The translations under genes were made by a program, and so were the position numbers. The notes beneath the pieces were generated by a model. It had not been told where the DNA came from. It did not search any database and was given only the letters and a program-made list of their open reading frames with translations. Shown here piece after piece: positions 19,504 to 29,158 of a stretch of DNA of 64,000 bases. This DNA comes from a bacterium (GTDB lineage Bacteria > SAR324 > NAC60-12). Every line of letters begins with the position of its first letter. Position 1 is the first letter of the stretch. The DNA is taken from contig OZ242383.1 of NCBI GenBank assembly GCA_965209155.1, positions 3,328,001 to 3,392,000 of the forward strand. Reading direction: 5' to 3'.

Positions 19504-20463
19504 ATGAGAGCCTATCTCATCCGGCGGGTCTTGCTGGTAATCCCCACGCTGTTCATTTTGAGCATCCTGGTCTTTCTCTCGGTGCGCTTCATCCCAGGTG
19601 ACGTCGTAGATGCCATGTTGGGTCAGTTGCAGGCGACAATGGGGAGAGACATTGACCGTGCAGCCGTTGAGCGTCGGCTGGGATTGGACGTGCCGGTCTG
19701 GGTGCAGTATGGACGCTGGATCGGCCAGATTCTCCGGCATGGCAGCCTGGGCAAATCCCTGTGGGGCGAATGGCCGGTAGAGGAGGAGATCTTAGCTAAA
19801 CTGCCGATCACCATCGAGCTGGGCCTGCTGGCCATACTCATCGGGCTCGTGATTGCGCTGCCCGTGGGCATCTACTCAGCGATTCGTCAGGATACCGTTT
19901 CTGACTACCTGGGACGTTCTTTGGCTATCATCGGTCTGGCCACGCCAAACTTTTGGCTGGCCATTATGGTGATGCTCTACCCGGCCATTTGGTGGGGCTG
20001 GTCACCGCCGATGCAGTGGGTTCCTTTCACGGAAGACCCTTTGGGGAATCTCGGATTGTTCCTTATCCCCAGTGTGATTCTGGGAACGGCCTCGGCGGCC
20101 GCCACCATGCGCATGACGCGCACTATGATGCTGGAGGTTCTCAGGCAGGACTATATTCGCACTGCCTGGTCCAAAGGGCTCAAAGAGCGGATCGTGATTA
20201 TCCGGCACACCATCAAAAATGCCCTCATCCCCGTGGTCTCACTGATCGGCTTGCAGTTGCCAATCCTGGTCGGAGGTGCAGTGATCATGGAAAATATCTT
20301 CAACTTGCCTGGTCTCGGCCGACTCATGCTGGATGCCCTGCAAAACCGTGACTACCCGGTGGTGCAGGGGACAAACCTGTTTTTCGCTACTGGTGTAGTC
20401 CTGCTCAATCTCCTCATCGACCTGATTTACCCCTATTTAGACCCGAGAGTGCGGTATGAATAG
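19504..20463 (+). CDS. ABC permease, DppB/OppB-like
   Basis: Paralog of 1725..2729. Confidence 0.93.
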   Translation: MRAYLIRRVLLVIPTLFILSILVFLSVRFIPGDVVDAMLGQLQATMGRDIDRAAVERRLGLDVPVWVQYGRWIGQILRHGSLGKSLWGEWPVEEEILAKLPITIELGLLAILIGLVIALPVGIYSAIRQDTVSDYLGRSLAIIGLATPNFWLAIMVMLYPAIWWGWSPPMQWVPFTEDPLGNLGLFLIPSVILGTASAAATMRMTRTMMLEVLRQDYIRTAWSKGLKERIVIIRHTIKNALIPVVSLIGLQLPILVGGAVIMENIFNLPGLGRLMLDALQNRDYPVVQGTNLFFATGVVLLNLLIDLIYPYLDPRVRYE

Positions 20464-20548
20464 TTGTTATGCTTCCGGGAAATATAGGTTTGAGATTCGT
20501 ATGTAAGAAGAAGTCCATCCGGGACTGCATTATAGAAAAATCGAGAAC

Positions 20549-21517
20549 ATGAGTGACACCATAGAATTCTCATCTGAAGTCAGTGGGCCCAAGCGACGGG
20601 GCAGGATTGCGGATTTCTTCATCCGGCTTCTCAAGGAGAAGCCCCTGGGGACCTTTGGCGGGATGGTCACCTTGCTTTTTATTTTTTTGGCGATCTTTGC
20701 CGAGGTTCTGGCGCCTTATCCCTATCGGGAAATACACCTGGCCGACATACTGCAAGCCCCATCCGTCCAGTATCTCCTGGGGACCGACCACTTGGGGCGG
20801 GACTTGCTAAGCCGCCTGCTCTACGGGGCTCGTATTTCCTTATCCGTCGGTCTGGCCGCGACAGCCCTCAATGTGCTCATCGCGGTCCTGATCGGCGGCA
20901 CTTCCGGATACCTGGGGGGGAAAGTGGACCTGGCAGTGCAGCGCTTTGTCGATGCCTGGATGGCTTTCCCGGGGTTGCTCTTGTTGTTAACCATCATGTC
21001 CATCGTGGGACAGGGCCTCCTCCAGATCATCGTGGTCCTGGGGATCGCCGGAGGTGTCGGCGGCTCCCGAGTCATCCGGGGCGCGGTGGTGGGTATCAAA
21101 GAGAATGACTATTTTCTGGCAGCCAGGGCAGTGGGCACTCCCACACGCCATATCCTGACCCGCCATGTCCTGCCCAATATCATGCCGCCGATCATCATCG
21201 TCTTCTCGATCAACATCGGCGGGGTCATCATTGCCGAGGCCTCGCTGAGCTTCCTGGGATTTGGGCTTCCCCTCAAGGTGCCCAGCTGGGGAGGGATGCT
21301 CAGCCGGGAAGGGCGGGAGTTCATGGAGATGTCCCCCCGGCTGGCGCTCTGGCCAGGACTTTGCCTGACGATTGTCGTCTACTCCCTCAACATGTTCGGC
21401 GATGCCCTGCGAGACTTGCTGGATCCCCGGTTGCGGGGCGGGCAGGGAAGTTATGGCACCACGGGGAAACGCAAACGAGGCCTCCTGGCTCGACTGATCC
21501 ACCCTTTCAAATGGTAA
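20549..21517 (+). CDS. ABC permease, DppC/OppC-like
   Basis: Paralog of 2722..3681. Confidence 0.93.
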   Translation: MSDTIEFSSEVSGPKRRGRIADFFIRLLKEKPLGTFGGMVTLLFIFLAIFAEVLAPYPYREIHLADILQAPSVQYLLGTDHLGRDLLSRLLYGARISLSVGLAATALNVLIAVLIGGTSGYLGGKVDLAVQRFVDAWMAFPGLLLLLTIMSIVGQGLLQIIVVLGIAGGVGGSRVIRGAVVGIKENDYFLAARAVGTPTRHILTRHVLPNIMPPIIIVFSINIGGVIIAEASLSFLGFGLPLKVPSWGGMLSREGREFMEMSPRLALWPGLCLTIVVYSLNMFGDALRDLLDPRLRGGQGSYGTTGKRKRGLLARLIHPFKW

Positions 21518-21648
21518 ACGGACAAAAGGAGCCCGTCTCTTTTTCCTTCTTGAGAATCGCTGTTTTTGCTTCTTCCTCGAGTTTGGACCATTGGAAAGAA
21601 TCAAGCCCGAGAGAACCTATTCCTTTTTTAGACTTGGATTATTCATAG

Positions 21649-21729
21649 TGTTAACGTCGGCATCACCCGCCACCCAGAGCGAGGAACGAGCGACGCCCTC
21701 AAGCAATCCGTTCAAATGACTTGTTCTGC
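21649..21729 (-). other. Hybrid/degenerate attC-like site
   Basis: Minus strand GCAGAAC-AAGTC-ATTTGAAC ... GGTGATG-CCGAC-GTTAACA. Box spacing is canonical but the L boxes do not pair. Lies 10 bp after the stop of 21740..21970. Confidence 0.5.
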
Positions 21730-21739
21730 TTGATTTTGG

Positions 21740-21970
21740 TCATGATTTCTCAGCAATTTTGCCATATTTTGAAAGTTCCTTGATATGACTAAACTGCTTT
21801 ACCTTCGTTGATTCACCAAACGTGTGTAACGAAATGAGATATTCTGTATGATCGGAGCCAGAGGATTCCTGAATCAAGTCTGCTTGCGCGGTCAGGTCTC
21901 TGCCTCCCTGGCGGATATGGATCTTTTTTGCTGTCGTTCTTGCCGATCTTGTGTTACCTTTGTTTTTCAT
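21740..21970 (-). CDS. Small hypothetical protein (possible gene cassette)
   Basis: 76-aa ORF with ATG start, directly followed by an attC-like site. Confidence 0.4.
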   Translation of the reverse strand: MKNKGNTRSARTTAKKIHIRQGGRDLTAQADLIQESSGSDHTEYLISLHTFGESTKVKQFSHIKELSKYGKIAEKS

Positions 21971-22088
21971 GGAAATGGTGATCTCTCAAAATGTTGATTC
22001 TGTTGTTAACTATTTGAGTATATTACCATTTCCATGTTTGATTGTCTTCTAATTGCAGGATTTAGGTTCTCAAAATAATGAATTGCTT

Positions 22089-22496
22089 ATGAAAGTATTT
22101 ATCAGCCATTCTCCTGTAGACGGGAAATTAGCTAAAAGCGTTGCTGCTCTGCTACAGGAAGCTGGTCTAGATGTATGGGAAGCCGGCAATGAAATTCTAC
22201 CTGGGGATAACTGGGCTGATAAAATCGCCCAGGGCTTAAAAGAATCAGAAGCGATGGTCGTTTTACTCACTCCTGCATCGCTTACCTCTACTGGGGTAAA
22301 TCGAGAAATCGAATATGCTTTAGGAACAAAGAAGTATAGTAAACGCTTAATTCCTGTGCTTGCTGATCCTCATAAAACGATTACTCAAGATGATTTCCCC
22401 TGGATTCTTAAACATCTCAATCCGATTGATTTAATTGAACGTGATAAAGAAAAAGGAATCAGGAAAATAGCTGAAACTCTTTTAGAATCCGCATAA
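22089..22496 (+). CDS. Stand-alone TIR-domain protein (TIR_2-like)
   Basis: MKVFISHS..D, EILPGDNW, VVLLTPASL, VNREIEYA with the conserved Glu. Confidence 0.85.
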   Translation: MKVFISHSPVDGKLAKSVAALLQEAGLDVWEAGNEILPGDNWADKIAQGLKESEAMVVLLTPASLTSTGVNREIEYALGTKKYSKRLIPVLADPHKTITQDDFPWILKHLNPIDLIERDKEKGIRKIAETLLESA

Positions 22497-22602
22497 CATC
22501 TCTTTTCTCTCCATTTCCCCTCATGATTCCTCAAGAAGTTTTCCTTTCCCATTCCGATTTAGACCGAGAGTTTGCTGATCAGTTGGCAATCACCTTACGT
22601 AC

Positions 22603-22830
22603 TCATGGCATTCCTGTATGGTATAGTCGAACTAATATCATCGGAGCCCAATAATGGCATGATGAGATTGGAATTGCTTTGAAACGATGTGAAGCGTTGG
22701 GAACCTTCTTGGAGCAAGTAATAAAATTGTCGATAGTCGGGGGGACTGAAAAAATGGATTGCCCTCCATTGCCATGAATCATCACATGGTACAGCGCATC
22801 AGGATAATAAAGGCGTGGTTTACGAGCCAT
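22603..22830 (-). pseudogene. N-terminal fragment of a RAYT-like (Y1) transposase
   Basis: MARKPRLYYPDALYHVMIHGNGGQSIF, then the frame degenerates; REP-like CAAGCCTGACCC at ~22901. Confidence 0.7.
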
Positions 22831-22919
22831 CTTTTGAAACAAGTGAAAAGGAAAGTGAAATCGATTTAAATAATAAAATAACGCTACTTTTCCAAACTTT
22901 CAAGCCTGACCCGTAAATA

Positions 22920-23037
22920 GCCGAACGCCAAGATAAGAGGCGCTTCAAAAAAGATCTGGGGACGATTTAAGAATAACTTCACTCAAATTGTCGAAGGGGC
23001 GCTATATGGGGTGTCGATCTTCATCAACTGGTTCGCT
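22920..23037 (-). other. attC-like site closing the Phd/PIN cassette
   Basis: Minus strand R'' AGCGAAC, CAGTT, L'' GAT[G]AAGA ... L' TCTTATC, TTGGC, R' GTTCGGC; 118 bp. Confidence 0.7.
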
Positions 23038-23093
23038 CCGTTATCGGCAATCCGATAAGCTTCAAAGTCATGTTAATACTTTCAGAAATTCGT

Positions 23094-23468
23094 TTACCAC
23101 TTAGCATTCGTATAATTATCTAAAATATTCTGATCTTTAGTGACCAAGATGTTATTGTTTAGAGTGGCATTGGCAGTAATAATACGGTCAAATGGATCAC
23201 GAGTCCAAGTGATTTCTAAAGATTGAGCAATAATGGTATTAAAGTTTTTATCGCACACCTTGAGACCAATTCGATTGGATATGTCAGAGACAATGGTATT
23301 AGATTCATCGGTTAAGCGTTGGATTTCGTATAAATATTGTAATTCTAATCGGACAATTGTTGAAATATAGATTTCATTTTCATTAATCAATTCTTTGGTC
23401 TGCTGACTGAATTTTTCAGAGAGCCCTACGTACAGCCATACGACCACATGTGTATCAAGGTAGATCAA
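23094..23468 (-). CDS. PIN-domain (VapC-like) toxin
   Basis: MIYLDTHVVVW, RDPFDRII..A, LVTKD. Confidence 0.9.
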   Translation of the reverse strand: MIYLDTHVVVWLYVGLSEKFSQQTKELINENEIYISTIVRLELQYLYEIQRLTDESNTIVSDISNRIGLKVCDKNFNTIIAQSLEITWTRDPFDRIITANATLNNNILVTKDQNILDNYTNAKW

Positions 23469-23691
23469 GATTCACCTCCTCTTCCCAACTAATCTCTGCA
23501 AGATCATGCGGATTCCCCTGAATGACATGGGGTCTTGAAACTAAGTTTTGGAGTTTATTCATTTTTCCGATGGGCATAATTCTCAACTTCTTTCCTCCTT
23601 TATTGACTTCAAGGGGAATGCCTGTGTGGAGTACCTCATCCAGGAGATTATAAATATTGCTTCGGAGTTCTGTGGGGGTGACCGTTTTCAT
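23455..23691 (-). CDS. Phd/YefM-like antitoxin
   Basis: MKTVTPTELRSNIYNLLDEVLHTG; overlaps the toxin gene. Confidence 0.8.
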   Translation of the reverse strand: MKTVTPTELRSNIYNLLDEVLHTGIPLEVNKGGKKLRIMPIGKMNKLQNLVSRPHVIQGNPHDLAEISWEEEVNLDLP

Positions 23692-23914
23692 CGTGCTTCC
23701 TCTCTCAGAGCGTACATACCATTTGATTAGTACGTACATATTAGAATCAAATTTGATGAGAGTCAAGGGAGATTGAATAATGATAACAGTGAGGGGGCAT
23801 ATTTTTGAAGATAATGACAAAATAACCGGGCCGCTCTCGTTTAAAATTGAAAGGTAATTTATGTCTTTGCCATGCATTCAGATCAAAACAAATAGCGCAG
23901 GGTTACTATGGGTT

Positions 23915-24474
23915 TAATCTCTTCGGGTCTAATTCCCCGAAGCTTGCTTCGCTTTTTCGTGTGGTGTATTTTCGCTCTCATGAGCGAATATATCCACAAA
24001 AGTCATAACGTTTCGGTATTATTGTACCATTTGGTTTGTCCGGCTAAATACCGTCGAGTAGTGTTCACCGATGAGGTGGATATGACTCTAAAAGAGATTA
24101 GCTTGGAAATTGCTCAGCGTTACGAGATTGCATTTATTGAGATAGGAACAGATCGGGATCATGTCCATTTCTTGATCCAATCAGTCCCTTCATATAGTCC
24201 AACAAAGATTGTAAAGACAGTCAAAAGTATTACAGCTAAAGAAATTTTCAAAAGAGTGCCCTCCATCAAAAAGCAGCTATGGGGCGGCGAATTCTGGTCA
24301 AAGGGATACTTCATCAGCACTGTTGGGCGACATGCTGCAAGCGAAGATGCTATTCGCCAGTATGTAAAAAATCAAGGTTCTGAAAACGAGTATCAAAAGC
24401 TCCATCATCAGCAATTAGAGTTGGAGTTGTGCTGAGTTCCGATACCCCGTAGCTCTGCTGCGGGGTAGTTCATT
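23915..24474 (+). mobile_element. IS200-like element (tnpA only); ends approximate
   Basis: Left hairpin around CTTCGGG..CCCGAAG; right hairpin ACCCCGTAGC-TCT-GCTGCGGGGT then AGTTCAT. Confidence 0.8.
23980..24435 (+). CDS. tnpA: IS200/IS605 HUH (Y1) transposase
   Basis: YHLVCPAKYRR, DHVHFL (HUH), FWSKGYF, IRQYVKNQ. Confidence 0.93.
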   Translation: MSEYIHKSHNVSVLLYHLVCPAKYRRVVFTDEVDMTLKEISLEIAQRYEIAFIEIGTDRDHVHFLIQSVPSYSPTKIVKTVKSITAKEIFKRVPSIKKQLWGGEFWSKGYFISTVGRHAASEDAIRQYVKNQGSENEYQKLHHQQLELELC

Positions 24475-24475
24475 T

Positions 24476-25541
24476 GTGGAACAAAAAATTTGTCCCTGCT
24501 GCCGGCACCTGAATCGCTCGAGCTTTCCAGCAGGGATAGAGGGACCCACTCAATATGGTCCCCGGATCAAAGACTTAGCGGTTTATCTCAATCAATATCA
24601 GTTTCTGTCCTTTGATCGATGCCAGCAATTCTTTGAGGATCTGTTCGGCCAGCCGCTCAATGCGGCCACGATTTATGCTAGCCTCCAGCAAGCCGCCCAG
24701 AGGTTTTATCCCTTGCAACAACAAATGGCTGAAGCTCTGTTTCAAGCGGACGCCCCAAACAGAGCAAAGCTAAAAATTTACTCGATCGCTTGATCCTCTA
24801 TGAAAAGGAAACCTTGTTATTCATGGATGACTTCCGGGTTCCTTTTGACAACAACCAAGCCGAGCGAGATATACGCATGGTTAAATTGAAACAGAAGATC
24901 TCAGGCGGCTTCCGAACGGCTGAAGGATCACAGGCTTTTTGTACCATCCGAGGAGCTATTTTCACTACCAGAAAACAGGGAAAATCCATCTTCGAGATGC
25001 TCACACAGGCTTTGTCTCTCCCGGATCCAGTCCGGGACAAGCTTTTACCTGCGCCTCCTTGTTACTGAAACTCCCCTTTTTATAAACGTTTCGCCCCTTG
25101 CGGGCCAAACGTATTCCTGGCAAACATAGCATCGTCAATGCGATTTTGTAGGTCGTGAAAACGAGTTGTCAGTGGAGTATGCTCATCCATGATTTACCTC
25201 CCTGGCAAAGCGTTTACGATCATTATCGCCATTGGAAAAAACACTGGATTGTGGAGTGAACCTTCGCTTTTTGGCTCATGATCATAAAGAAGCGGATCTC
25301 CCTGATTGATAGATTTTTAATTTTTTTTTACGAATCCTGCATTTTTTTTAATTTGGGGGTTGACATTATGCAAGTAGTAGTAGTGCTATAATCATACCAT
25401 CACTAAGTTGTTTTAGTGAAAGAAGAGGGTTTCCGATCGATAGAACAATATCGTGGGAGGACTTGAAAACGATCAGTCCTCTCCAGGAATCTTTTTAATG
25501 ATATTTAACTGAACGGGTTTTTCAGAGACCTGAATAGTTAC
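24476..25541 (+). mobile_element. Truncated, internally deleted copy of the IS66 element (right end retained)
   Basis: Near-identical to parts of 13960-15470, inverted; ends CCTGAATAGTTAC at 25541. Confidence 0.9.
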
Positions 25542-25766
25542 GCTCTTGGTAGGTTATATAAATAGGAGGGCTCGGTTTCCAAACGCTCATTTTCCTCAAA
25601 AAAGACCCATTCTGGTCAAAAAATAGTCCGGATGAAGATGCTCGCGAAGAAGCTTTTCGCCCTCTGCAGAGAGTACCCCGTGGCAGGCGCCGTGCTCGCC
25701 ACGACAACCCGATTTGCCCCACGGCGGGTGAATCATTCTCAAAACCCTCAAATAAAAGAGGTAATT

Positions 25767-27587
25767 ATGAGTATTATAAAAAAAATTGTCGCCTTTTTCG
25801 TGGGGCTGAACCCGGCAGGCCCCAGGTCTGCCATGAAACTCCTCTCGGTGCTGCTGGCTTTCATTCTGGGCGCAACCCTCTGGGTCGGCCCGACAGCCGC
25901 TGCGGAGATGAAGAATGTCACCGACCCCAGCACAGGTAAGGTCGTGACTGCGCCGACGTATGGCGGGAGATTGACCTTTGCCATGAAACTCGAACCTCCG
26001 CACACGGACCCCTGGTTCACGCACTCGCCGGGAGCAGCCATCAGTGGCGTTGCAGAGAAGCTGGGCATCGGAAACTGGGGAATCGATCGGGACGAATTTA
26101 GCTTCTCAAGTCAGTACATTGCTCTCTCTGCCTTTACAGGGGCACTGGCGGAAAGCTGGGAGCAACCTGACCCGCTGACTTATGTCTTCAAAATCCGCCA
26201 GGGCGTTCACTGGCACGACAAGGCGCCGATGAATGGGAGAGCATTGACGGCCAAGGATATCGAATATAACTATCACCGGTATTTGGCTCTGGGCAGCGGC
26301 TTCACCGAAGTGAGCCCCGGTGGTTCCGCATCATTTATCAAGCCTTTGCCATGGGAATCGATAACGGCCACTGACGATGCGACGGTTGTGATGAGGCTGA
26401 AGGAGCCAAACCTCAAGGCGCTGAAGTTAATCCTGGACGCCGCTACTTTTATGTTACCCCCCGAGGTGATCCAGCAGTACGGCGACGCGAAGGACTGGCG
26501 GAGATTCGTCGGCACCGGACCCTATAGGCTGACCGACTGGGTCGACGGCAGCTCGATGACCTGGACGAAGAATCCGGACTACTGGGACACCGACGAAAAA
26601 TACCCCCAGAACCGCTTGCCCTATGTGGACGAGTTGAAGGGCCAGATTATTAAAGAGGAAGCGACACGCCTGGCGGGAATGCGCTCGGGTAAGATTGATT
26701 ACCTGGGTTTCCCTGCCGGCGACTCTCATATAACGTCTCTTGACCAGATAGAGAGCTTCCGGCGGACCAACCCCGAAATCGTGTTGAACCCATGGTGGGA
26801 TCGTGCGGAGACGATTTTTGCCCTGGACGCGACCAAGCCGCCCTTTGACGACATCCGGGTGCGCCAGGCCATGCAGATGGCACTGGACCTGGAGACCATC
26901 AACAATACCTACTTTAAGGGGACTGCCAATGCGACACCTCAGGGGGTGATCGGGGATCGAATCAGCGGGTTTTACATCCCATTTGAGCAGTGGCCTGAAG
27001 CGGTCAAGAAAGGCTATCGGTATGACCCGGAAGAGGCCAAAAAGCTTTTGAAGGAAGCGGGCTATCCCAATGGCTTCAAGACTGTGGTGAACCACTTCGC
27101 TGAGTTTGATTTAAACTATACCGAATTAGCGGTCGAATACTGGAAGGCCATTGGCGTTGATGCAGAGATTAAACCCTTCGACCGAGCTTCTATGATGCCT
27201 ATGGTAAACGAACGGACTTGGGAAGGTCCGTTAGGTACGATTGGTGGCTGGAATATGGATGCTGCTTTTTTGGTACGCTGGCGGGGTCACTCGAGCTCAA
27301 TTCCGTGGAACCTCTCCGGAATCAAGGACCCCGAGTTGGACGCCATCATTGAAGCGGTCGAAGCCGCGACCACCATTGAGGAGCAGATGAAGCATGCCAG
27401 GCAGGCAGATATGGTCCTGATCGAGCAGCAGGGGTATGTCTGGGGGCCTCACCCTGCCAAGTTCAACTCGAACCAGCCGTGGGTCAAAGGGTATAACGGG
27501 GAAGTCCAGCTGGGAAGTATGGATCGTCTGGTCATCTTCTCCCGCCTCTGGATTGACCAGGAGTTGAAGAAAGAAATGGGGTTTTAG
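25767..27587 (+). CDS. ABC substrate-binding protein, family 5 (no permease genes after it)
   Basis: Leader and signal peptide almost identical to the 17692 gene; SBP_bac_5 motifs. Confidence 0.92.
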   Translation: MSIIKKIVAFFVGLNPAGPRSAMKLLSVLLAFILGATLWVGPTAAAEMKNVTDPSTGKVVTAPTYGGRLTFAMKLEPPHTDPWFTHSPGAAISGVAEKLGIGNWGIDRDEFSFSSQYIALSAFTGALAESWEQPDPLTYVFKIRQGVHWHDKAPMNGRALTAKDIEYNYHRYLALGSGFTEVSPGGSASFIKPLPWESITATDDATVVMRLKEPNLKALKLILDAATFMLPPEVIQQYGDAKDWRRFVGTGPYRLTDWVDGSSMTWTKNPDYWDTDEKYPQNRLPYVDELKGQIIKEEATRLAGMRSGKIDYLGFPAGDSHITSLDQIESFRRTNPEIVLNPWWDRAETIFALDATKPPFDDIRVRQAMQMALDLETINNTYFKGTANATPQGVIGDRISGFYIPFEQWPEAVKKGYRYDPEEAKKLLKEAGYPNGFKTVVNHFAEFDLNYTELAVEYWKAIGVDAEIKPFDRASMMPMVNERTWEGPLGTIGGWNMDAAFLVRWRGHSSSIPWNLSGIKDPELDAIIEAVEAATTIEEQMKHARQADMVLIEQQGYVWGPHPAKFNSNQPWVKGYNGEVQLGSMDRLVIFSRLWIDQELKKEMGF

Positions 27588-27874
27588 CTGACTTACCTCC
27601 AGGATAGGGGACTGCTGCTGCGGTCCCCTGTCGTCTGCCTTCTGTGTCACGAAACCCCGGTTCTCGGGAAAAGTAAACCTTCCTGGATTTCAGTGACTCA
27701 TTCAATTTTTGTACGTTTTCCTGTACAAACGATAGTAAATAAAAGATTCCTTTTTTCTTTTTTCTCAGATACTTTTGTCAGTTAGCGAGGCAGACGCATC
27801 AATGGATTTGATGTTTTAGAGATTTGTGTGTAAGATTCGATTATTTGAGTGTTGATACAAATAAATCAGGAGGA

Positions 27875-28240
27875 ATGATGCAAGGATCATTAGAAGAAAA
27901 GCTCAATCAACTCCCTCCCCAGTTTCAAGAGGAAGTGGAAGACTTTGTCAGTTTTTTGTTAGAAAAAAAAAGTGCATCATAAACGGAAAAAACTCCGTCT
28001 TTCCTGGGCAGGAGGGCTTCAAGAGTTTGAGAATCAAATGACTTCATTGGATCTGCAAAAACAATCCTTAACGTGGTGGGGAGATTGATGTTTCTTGTCG
28101 ATACCAATATTTGGTTAGTAGTATTCTTAAAGCAAGAAAAAGCTGAAGAATCCAGAAAGTTTTTAGAAACCGTTGAGAGTGATCTTTTAGCAATTACCGA
28201 ATTTTCTCTTTATTCCATCTGTATTATCTTAACCAGATTG
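27875..28240 (+). pseudogene. Disrupted TA pair: DUF2281-like antitoxin (frameshift in poly-A ~27963-27971) and PIN toxin 5' part (from 28088) cut by IS66 end
   Basis: LPPQFQEEVEDFVSFLLEK / LRLSWAGGL in different frames; MFLVDTNIWL toxin start with TGATG overlap. Confidence 0.75.
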
Positions 28241-28606
28241 GTAACTATTCAGGTCTCTGAAAAACCCGTTCAGTTAAATATCATTCAAAAAGATTCCCGG
28301 AGAGGAGCGATCGTTTTCAAGTCTTCCCACGATATGCTACCTTTGATCGGGAACCCTCTTTTTCATTAAAACAACTTCACTAAAACAGCTTAGTGAAGGT
28401 ATGATTTTGGCAATTAATAATAATAATTTAGAACAATGTCAACCCCCAAATGAAAAAATGCAGGATTCGTAAAAAATTAAAAATCTATCAATCAGGTAGA
28501 TCCGCTTCTTTATGATTATGAGCCAAAAAGCGAAGGTTCACTCCACAATCCAGTGTTTTTTCCAATGGCGATCATGATCGTAAACGCTTTGCCAGGGAGG
28601 TAAATC
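28241..28606 (-). mobile_element. Right-end fragment of the IS66 element
   Basis: Starts GTAACTATTCAGGTCTCTG and is homologous to 13960-14309. Confidence 0.88.
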
Positions 28607-28612
28607 AGAGTG

Positions 28613-28901
28613 CTAAGCGCTCTTGCTTCCATGGCTCTCGTTCTTTTTCAAAGTGTTGACAGGCTTCTTGAAGAGCCTCGATGTAGGGATATGTCTTTTC
28701 TCAGATTCCCCTGAATTCAACGTCTCCAGCGTGTTTTTCCATTGCGGTATTTTTTCTTCCAGATCTTCTCGACTCTCCAAGATCAAAGGTTCCAAAACCA
28801 TCAATGCTCTGTGAAGATGTCCTGCCTTTATTATTTCTCAATTGACGAGAGAGCTGTCGTGTAATATGATAAACCAATATGGTTTCATTTTGATTTATCA
28901 T
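28613..28901 (-). pseudogene. Frameshifted internal fragment of an Rpn-like protein
   Basis: MVLEPLILESREDLEEKIPQWK resembles Rpn/DUF2887-type central regions. Confidence 0.35.
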
Positions 28902-28918
28902 TTTTCAAAGAGGAAAAT

Positions 28919-29158
28919 ATGCCCACAATCACAGTTAAAAATATTCCAGAAAATCTCCATCAAAAATTAAAGAAAAATGCGTCTCAGCATCATCGTAGTC
29001 TTAACAATGAAATTATTGCATGCCTCGAAAGTTCAGTGAGTGCTACCCCTGTAAATAGTGAATTCTTATTAGCCCGCGCCCGTCAGGTCCGCCGTCAGAT
29101 TTCGGGGAATTTGACCGAAGACATCCTCCACGAATACAAAAACCAGGAGCGACTTTGA
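28919..29158 (+). CDS. Arc/FitA-like ribbon-helix-helix antitoxin
   Basis: MPTITVKNIPENLHQKLK..A..HHRSLNNEII. Confidence 0.85.
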   Translation: MPTITVKNIPENLHQKLKKNASQHHRSLNNEIIACLESSVSATPVNSEFLLARARQVRRQISGNLTEDILHEYKNQERL

